From Octopus sinensis (Eukaryota): a stretch of DNA of 64,000 bases. Each line of letters begins with the position of its first letter. Position 1 is the first letter of the stretch. Under the pieces are notes generated by a model that saw only the letters and a list, made by a program, of their open reading frames with translations, did no database searches and was not told where the DNA came from. Below, piece after piece: positions 55,824 to 64,000 of the stretch. Both the position numbers and the translations under genes were made by a program. Location: positions 52,824,001 through 52,888,000 of the forward strand of contig NC_043012.1 of NCBI RefSeq assembly GCF_006345805.1. Direction: 5' to 3'.

Positions 55824-56350
55824 CTGCGAAGACCCGACAAATAATGTGAGTTCATAGCTGTTTCCTGCACCAGTTTCGCATAGCAGTCACAGCCCATCCA
55901 AAGTACCTTGGATTGCAGAACGACCTGCTGTGCTTACCTTGGATTGTAGGGTGACCTGCTGTGCTTGAGGAGACCTATTGAGTCAAGTACATCAACATCA
56001 AAATAAATATCAAATGGAAATTGTAGTTGTGTTACCTGTGCCGGCGGCACGTAAAAAGCACCATCCAAATGTGGCCGATGCCAGCGCCACCTTGACTGGC
56101 TTCTATGCCAGTGGAACGTAAAAAGCATCAACCAATGATGGTTGCTGCCAGCCCCCCTTGGAACCTGTGCCGGTGGCACGTAAAAAGCACCCACTACTCT
56201 CATGGAGTGGTTGGCGTTAGGAAGGGCATCCAGGTGTAGAAACACTGCTAGATCAAACTGGAGCCTGGTGCAGCCTCCTGGCTTTCCAGACTCCGGTCAA
56301 ACCGTCCAAACCATGCTAGCATGGAAAACGGACATTAAACGATGATGATA
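55823..56350 (+). mobile_element. Longest family C copy (probable RTE-type LINE 3' region) with three gtgcc-ggt-ggcac-type modules
   Basis: Extends upstream through aaagtaccttggattgcag...gaggagacctattgagtcaagtac; short internal duplication accttggattg; ends (TGA)n. Confidence 0.75.
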
Positions 56351-56370
56351 ATGATATATATATGTATATA

Positions 56371-56402
<32 letters not shown>

Positions 56403-56777
56403 GATGATAATGATATATATATATATATATATATATAAAAGTGAGTTTGGAGGGATATATTATCCGAGCAGATACTGTATTGGCTCTCAGTTAGGTTCCA
56501 GTTAATGGCTAACAACAATGATCAGTATTCAAATGTCTGCAACTATAATTTGTTCTTAGTCATTCCATGAATATTTCCAATGGGTAATTCTGTGTACACT
56601 TCGCTGGACAGTAAAAATTGCCTGGAGTATATATTATTATTAATAAGAGAGCATGGAGACTGCAGCAGAAACATATGTAGGTCATTATAATATTCTGTGT
56701 GCAACAATAAAATTAATTTTGTGGATGTACAAGTCTCCATACTCTTCTATTATTAATAATTGGTGAGAATTAACTGA

Positions 56778-56825
<48 letters not shown>

Positions 56826-57404
56826 AATATATATAGAGAGAGGGGAAAGAGAGAGAGAGAGAGGGAGGGAGAGAGAGAGAGCATCAACATTGTTTTTAAC
56901 ATCCACACTTTTCTATGATTGTATGAGTTAGATGGAATTCATTGAGGCAGATTTTTGATGGCCCAAATGCCCTTCCTGTCACCAACCCTCAAACCCTCGC
57001 CTCTTTCCAAACAAGATATCTCCCTTCGGCTGGAAGACTGGAAAACAAACATCATCACTTGCATGACACTGAAGCAGGTGTGGCTGTGTGGTAAGATGTT
57101 TACTTGCCGTCCATGTGGTCTTGGGTTCAATGCCTTCTACCAAAGACAATAAAACTGACCAAAGCTTTGTGAGTAGATTCGGAACACTGAAAGTGAAAGC
57201 CCTATAAATATATATATATATGGAGCAGGTAAAATCCAAGCTACATATGTTTCCTAACTAACAGAACCTTGGAAGCAATAATTACTCAATTAGGGGTATT
57301 CCATTAGCATCTCATCAGGTTAAAGATACCTTAGTTAAATGAAGGATACATTGTCATCAAGGGATTCTAAGTTAACAGGCAGGAGATTTGATCAAAAAAA
57401 TCCC

Positions 57405-57453
<49 letters not shown>

Positions 57454-58316
57454 CATGGTGCAATGTATATATTGTCTTCTAAATTATGCAAAAATGGAAA
57501 TAACACTGACAAGTCATTTTAACAGATATATTTACCAAAATTACATAAAATTATCTTGAAATACTAAAGAGGAAATTTATTCAATAAAATCGCTATTGGC
57601 TTCAACCACAGCCTCCAGATGACTTCAGAATCTCCTGCAACTCTTCTGGATTGTCTCCTTGTTTAAGTTGGTGAGTGCTGCCATAATCCTTGCCTTCAAT
57701 TCATCTTTGGTGTAACGAGGAGTTTTGTTGGTCTCTCGCTAAACTGTACCCCAAACACAATCAAGGGAATTGCAGTCTGGGGAGATAGGTGGCCAGATGT
57801 TAGGGGTGATGTGGTCACAAAAATTATCTGACAGCCATGACTGGGTTCTCCTGCTTGTGTGGCATAGTGTAGAGTCTTGTTACCAGACATAGGGTCTCCC
57901 AGTTCAGCACTAGCTCCTCCAGGCACTTCATGTAGGCCTTTGTGTTGAATCTGAGGCCGTGTGGAAAAATGAATGGAGGCATAACGTTTCCATTACTAGT
58001 GATTACTCAAAACACCATAATGTTGACTGGATGTTTGATTTTTATCACTCTCGGTACATGTTTTGGAGACAGTGCAAACCAATGGTTGTTCCGTGTGTTC
58101 ACCATCTGTTCATATTGGCGCTTCCTGCACGAATGCCAAACAGTACAGCATGTCATTCCCAAATTTCTGGCAGAGTGAATTGTGTCATGGTGTTGTTTTT
58201 CTTACAGATGCCCAACTGACCCTACTATACTGTGTAGTCAACAAAATCAAAAACAAACCATGCACATGTGTGAAATCAAAAGTACAAATTGGTGGCAATT
58301 TATCCATCTCACCCGG
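57454..58316 (-). mobile_element. Internally deleted maT-like (DD37D) Tc1/mariner element
   Basis: Right end TA|ccgggtgagatggataaattgccacc on minus strand; degenerate left TIR (19/28 match including the TA) at 57452-57479; transposase remnant MTQFTLPEIW..GIRAG joined to QMVNTRNNHW..QDSTLCHTS..WPPISPDCNSLD (37 residues between the Ds)..EAVVEANSDFIE* ending at 57577. Confidence 0.85.
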
Positions 58317-60329
58317 TATATATATAAATTCAAATATGAAATGAAAGCAACGGTAGTGTAGTAAAACTTATCAACTGCATATACTCAATGCATATACTTC
58401 ATGTATTTGCCAGTAAGCTGCTGTTGGTGTGGTGGAGAATACTCTCTCAAAGCACTAGGTGTAAGAACACCTGAGAGTCATGGACAGGTGAGACAACTCA
58501 CCTCCAATCCCATCTAGGAGCAAAGAACATTGATGTTTCACTATTTTTCTGGCTTGTCAACATCACATACCCAGTAGCAGCCTGCCGCCAAATGCACGCA
58601 ATTTATATAGGTTAAGTATATGTGGTTAATAATGTGTGTGTGTGTGTATGTTTGCATGTGTGTGTGCGCAAGTGTGAGTGTGTGTTTTTGTATGTGTGCA
58701 TGTGTGAGTGTGTGTGTGTTACCAAAACTTTGACTTCAGGTGGTAGATGTTAACGAACATCACCGTTGTGCATGCAGTGTCCTTCATTTGCGATCTTCTG
58801 TGAAAACACATCTGGTCCTGAAGAATTTTACCTAACATAGGAATAGGTGAAGGTTGGCAACAGAGAGGCATCAAGCTGTAGAAAAATCTGCTTCTAGAAA
58901 TTTTGTATGACCCAAGGAAGCATGGAAAAGTGAATGATAATGCTTTCACAACAATGATAATGATGATATGTATATACATACACACACAATTGAATAACTC
59001 AAAACATCAGTGTGTGTGTGTGTGTGGTTTTCGTAGATGCTACCAAGCTGCAATTGTCTTAGTTCCAACAAACAATATCAGATGAAATTCCTTGCCAAAG
59101 AAGTACTAATAAAAAAAATTTAATATCAGATTTTCTACACATTTATACTTTATATTTCTATCCAACTCATGCTAGCATGAAAGAAAAATGGATATAAAAT
59201 GATGATGATTTAACCAAAGGCTATCTCCTGACTTGATACAAAAGCTAAGAGTTAAACTATAGGCATTATGGCATGTGTAAGTAACAGCAGAGAGGGAACC
59301 AAGATAAAGAAATTGTTCATTCTCTCATTAAATTCAGAAAGAAAGGAAGATTGCAAACATAAGTCTCATGTTATAGTTTGGATGTTCTTCCTTGGTTGCA
59401 ACCTCACCGATGAATAGAAATAAAACATATATTTTTTTTTTTGAAAAAGGGGGGAAAAAATTATTAAATAAATAAACAATAGATAGAAGAAGAAAAAAAT
59501 AAATTAGATAATTCAGAATATGAACTTGGTAATAAAAAAAAGGGGGAGGGGTGAGCTATTGCAGTAATGGTGATAGGGGCAGTAGAGGGGCTTCAGAAGA
59601 AAAGAATCTGTGTATAGCTGATACAATCATAGGAACTGCTGAGTAAATTAAAACTAAAATGATTAAATAAACTTACAACTACGACTAGATAGGAACTCTG
59701 CCAGATCTTCAAACGTTCTTGTTGAAATATTTATAAAACATCTAATAAAATATCTCATTTTCCAGAAAGTTATTCTAGATTAAAATTTCGACCTTTAGCA
59801 ATGACACCTCTACATCAAACTTAGAGATCAAATTGTTGAAATGAATTAAAATTCTAAGATGGTTTAGGGTGAGCTTGCTTAAGAAATATACACACACACA
59901 CACACAAAAAAAAAAAAGAAAGAAAAAAAAAGAGTTCAATAAATAATTACTATCGCTATCTATGCTGTGACTACAACTACAACTGTACTGCCCGTCCTCA
60001 CTCTATTGACGAATCCTCTCCAAATAAATAGATGAATAAATAAAAGAAAACATCAAGCTGGTGGTACGCAAGGTAATTACGAAGGGGAAGAAAACTGATC
60101 TGAAGAGCCCATCTATCTAATCTGATGCCATAGTAACCAACCGAAATGCGGCATCAAACTAAACGAGAGACAGAAACTGGGTGACCGAAACTATTCAAAC
60201 TACTTCCTAATATGGTTATTGTTTCCTGTGTTACGCAGCAACATGGTGGCAGATTTAGTTTTAGTAGACCACCACCGAAATCCGTAAACAGTATCATCAA
60301 CACCATCAACGTAAGTACTACCAGTCAAA

Positions 60330-60945
60330 AATGATAATGATGATGATGATGATGATGATGATACTGACAACGATGACAATGATGATAAGGATGATGATAA
60401 TGATGATGCCAATGCTACAGATGATTGCAGTTATGGTTATGATGAAGATAATGAGGATATCAGGTACTGGTGGAGGTTATGATCACAATAATAGTGATGA
60501 CGACGATGATGATGATGATGATGGCACAAAGGATGGTGGTGGTTGTAGTTATGGTTATGATGAAGATAATGATGATGATGATGATGATGGTGGAGTGGTG
60601 GGGGTGGTATCAGAAGCTGGTGGAGGTTATGATCATGATAATAGTGATGATGATGACGCCAATGGTGGTGGTGGTGGTTGTAGTTATGGTTATGATGGTG
60701 GAGTGGTGGGGGTGGTATTAGAAGCTAGTGGAGAATATGGTCATGATAATAGTGATGATGATGATGATGATGATGGTGGTGGTTGTAGTTATGGTTATGA
60801 TGAAGATAATGATGATGATGATGATGGTGGAGTGGTGTGGGGTGGTATCGGAAGCTGGTGGAGGTTACAATCACGATAATAGTAGTGAAGATGAAGATGA
60901 TGAAAATTATAATATTGATGAGGTGGAGAATATTCATTATTAAGT
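60330..60945. repeat. Higher-order tandem repeat built from (GAT)n/(GGT)n
   Basis: About four copies of ggtggaggttatgatca.gataatagtgatgatgat...ggtggtggttgtagttatggttatgat...ggtggagtggtgggggtggtatcagaagct. Confidence 0.9.
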
Positions 60946-61363
60946 TTATTTGATAATTAGTACCTTCTGGAACTTTCTATGACTAATGACAGAAACACAA
61001 GCGAACACACATGTTTGTGTGATTGCCTTGTGTATGTATATACATGTATGCACGCAAGTGTGTGTGTGTGTGTGTGTGCTTGTATATATATGTATATACA
61101 CACAGGGAGAGAGACAATGGATGGGGTAAGAAGAAAGAGATAGAGAAAGTATTAGAGATAAGATGCAAGATCAAAAAGGAGAAACAGGTTGAGGTAAAGT
61201 GTGAAAAGGGGCAAGATAAAATGGGATTAGGCAAGGGAAAGTCCTTAAACAAACAGACAAATAAAAAAAGAAAGAAAGAAAATGGGATCAAGAAACTACA
61301 AATTAATGGAAGATAGTGAAATGGAAGAGGTACAACAGACACAAGCAAATGCTCAGAACTTAC

Positions 61364-61559
61364 AGTTTTGTCTCCTTTAGGTGGAATAATTAAAGCAATG
61401 AACTTGAGGTCAAACAGAAGCTGAAGGGCCCTTTGTTGATTAAGAGCCAATGTGTCAGGAGTAAGTGGCAAATGTTTGGTATGTGTGTTCTTCAAGAGAT
61501 GTTCATAGCAGTCAAGAACTCCATCAAATATTTGTGTAACCATATCCTGTAGAACTTGT
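61364..61559 (-). CDS. COG1: COG1 internal exon (QVLQDMVTQIFDGVLDCYEHLL...NQQRALQLLFDLKFIALIIPPKGDKT)
   Basis: RALQLLFDLKF matches the COG1 motif RALQLLYDLRY; ttttag acceptor, gtaagt donor; ends in phase 0, compatible with the 55359-55484 exon. Upstream exons lie beyond the window. Confidence 0.88.
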
Positions 61560-61881
61560 CTAAAACACAAGAGAAAAAAAGAAAGCATATGTAAAAATCC
61601 CTCTTAATTGTAGATCTGATGAATTTAAATTAAAGAAAATAAGTAGCAAGCTGAAAAATAAAATAAGTATTGTGTTGATATAATTATTTAAACAAATGTT
61701 TCTCAAAGTTGATTCCAAGGAACCAATGTGTTCTGTGTAAAAAGCCTTGGTATTCTGTGGGATAAAATGGTTTTTGATAAAATTTAATAAAAATATTTTT
61801 AGGGTGAAGGATAAAGTTACCCATGGCGATATTTGAAAGTGCAAACCACACCATAATGAGATGGAACAGCATTTTGGGAAA

Positions 61882-62975
61882 CATGGCTGGGTGGTAAGTA
61901 GCTGGCTTACCAATCACATGGTTCCAAATTTAGTCCCACTGCGTGGCACCTAAAACAAGTGTCTTCTACTATAACCTCAGGCTGACCAAAGCCTTGTGAG
62001 TGGATTTGGTAGACGGAAACTGAAAGAAGCTTGTTGTATATATGTATATATGTGTGTCTGTGCATCTGTGTTTGTCCCCCCAACATCGCTTGACAACCGA
62101 TGCTGGTGTGTTTACATCTTCATAGCATAGCAGTTCAGCAAAAGAGACCGATAGAATAAGTAATAGGCTTACAAAGAATAAGTTCTGGGGTCGACTTGCT
62201 CATCTAAAGGCGGTGCTCCAGCATGGCTGCAGTCAAATGACTAAAACAAGTAAAACAATAAAAGAATATAGTCTCAGGCCTTGTGTGTGGATTTGGTCAA
62301 TGGAAACTGAAAGAAGCTTGTCCTGTGTGTGCGTGTCTTTGTGCCTATGTTTTAAGTACCAGTATGCAACTGGTACTTAATTAATCAACCCCCGAAAGGA
62401 TGAAAAGCGAAGTTGATCTCGGGGAATGTAAAGACAGACAAAATACTGCCAAGCATTTCACACAGTGTGTTAACATTTCTGCCAGCTCGCTGCCTTGAAT
62501 TACAAATATATTGGGGCACCAAAATCTTTGAAGTGCTTAGGGCTTCTATGGGCTTTAATCTGGCTTTATTTTTAAGAAATTTACAGCTACACCATGCAGT
62601 GTATCCTTTATTTTTTAAAGACAGTTAGGTGTTGCTTGAGTGAAATTAAAAGCCATTTCTAGTAGACCATTAAACCATGCAGACCCATGTTTGATTGTAA
62701 TTGATGTTAGTTTCTCAGAATAGAGTTTTCTCAGAGGTCAGTGCCAAGATTATTGATGAGCTTCTGCTACAAAATACTTTGCCATTTATTGAGAGCTGAG
62801 AATTTGTAACTGTAGGCGTAGGAGTGGCTGTGTGGTAAGTAGCTTGCTTATGAACCACATGGTTCCGGGTTCAGTCCCACTGCGTAGCACCTTGGGCAAG
62901 TGTCTTCTACTATAGCCTTGGGTCGACCAAAGCCTTGTGAGTGGATTTGGTAGACGGGAACTGAAAGAAGGAGGT

Positions 62976-63034
<59 letters not shown>

Positions 63035-63237
63035 TTGAGTGTCTGGGTTTGTCCCTCCAACATCACTTGAAAACCGATGCTGGTGTGTTTACATCCCCGT
63101 AACTTAGCGATTCAGCAAAAGAAACCGATAGAATAAGTACTAGGCTTACAAAGAATAATTTCTGGGGTCGACTTGCTCGACTAAAGGTGATGCTCCAGCA
63201 TGGCCACAATCAAATGACTGAAACAAGTAAAAGAGTA
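61882..63237 (+). mobile_element. SINE A copies (61882-62266; 62812-63237) with a minus-strand SINE B fragment (~62355-62495) between
   Basis: Standard family segments. Confidence 0.85.
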
Positions 63238-63561
63238 ATATAAAACTATGTATTTTGGTTTGTTGGAAATAACAGCCAGGCATCCTTCAAAATACCCTGT
63301 TGTCTTAAATAATGAAGTCAAATAATAAAGATAAAACCCCAGAATAATCCTGGTTACATTTACATTAGCATAGTAATGGTCATCCAAGAAATTACTGTTT
63401 GCTTGTATATAAGTCACACCTTCATTTAGTCTTAAATCTTGGTACAAATTGTTTTACCTTCTATTCAAACTTGCCCTGTGTATAAATCACACCTTCGTTT
63501 TCTCAGTTAAGATCAGAAACAAAATAGTGAGACATCTATACATGAATTAATATGGTTATAA

Positions 63562-63763
63562 GTTAGCGCGCCAGGCGAAATGCTTAGCGGTAATTCATCT
63601 GTCGTTACGTTCTGAGTTCAAATTCCGCCGAGGTCGACTTTGCCTTTCATCCTTTCGGGGTCGATAAATAAAGTACCACTGGGGTTGATGTAATTGATTT
63701 AATCTCTTTGTCTGTCTTTGTTTGTCCCCTCTATGTTTAGCCCCTTGTGGGCAGTAAAGAAAT
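63562..63763 (+). mobile_element. SINE family B (tail variant 1)
   Basis: gttagcgcgccaggcgaaatgcttagcgg...gagttcaaattccgccgaggtcgac...tgtcccctctatgtttagccccttgtgggcagtaaagaaata. Confidence 0.9.
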
Positions 63764-64000
63764 ATATAAATATCCAGGTAAAATATGAACAAAAGCAATG
63801 TATTTGATGTTATGGGGGCAAAGAAAGAAATGCTGGATTAGAAAAAAAAACCAAAAAAACAACAACTAGCAGTAAAAGGTAGCAAACGAGGTACCTGCCA
63901 CATTTTCATGGGTCCTTTGCTGAATGTGCTGTAAGTAAAAGTGAAAGCATCTCTTTTGATAACAGGCAACGGGGATTCAGTTGTTTGATTAACTGAACAC

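Noticed and set aside
63894-63927. 34-nt minus-strand micro-exon candidate upstream of the COG1 exon
   Set aside because: The frame required to join the phase-2 acceptor at 61559 contains a stop.

Overview
AT-rich, repeat-saturated eukaryotic DNA, most likely from an octopus/coleoid cephalopod (inferred from the SINE/microsatellite landscape; not verified by search). The only host gene I can support is the 3' part of COG1 (conserved oligomeric Golgi complex subunit 1) on the minus strand: coding exons at 61364-61559, 55359-55484 and a terminal exon at 27291-27443. One conserved internal exon seems to be missing, possibly in the 100-N gap at 38034-38133. The rest is mobile DNA: a degenerate Tc1 (DD34E) with IR/DR-type long TIRs, an internally deleted maT-like (DD37D) element, two decayed Penelope-like retroelements, an ORF1-only L1/Tx1-like element, an RTE fragment, piggyBac-type, Helitron-type and other MITE-like elements, dozens of SINE copies (my working labels A-D) and very long (TA)n/(AAT)n tracts. 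Almost all long ORFs in the supplied track are microsatellite artefacts. The most interesting signals are: (i) a tRNA-headed element with a Penelope-type tail carrying a minimal hammerhead-ribozyme-like core, present as a head-to-head dimer, plus other hammerhead-like short elements and at least six fold-back palindromes; (ii) an ORF1-only retroelement whose last ~45 nt match the tail of SINE family B; (iii) a microhomology-flanked templated insertion copied from a locus 4.6 kb away; (iv) SINE-derived satellites; (v) a strand-biased pre-miRNA-like hairpin in a COG1 intron. All family assignments are by eye; repeat boundaries are approximate unless TSD/TIR positions are given.
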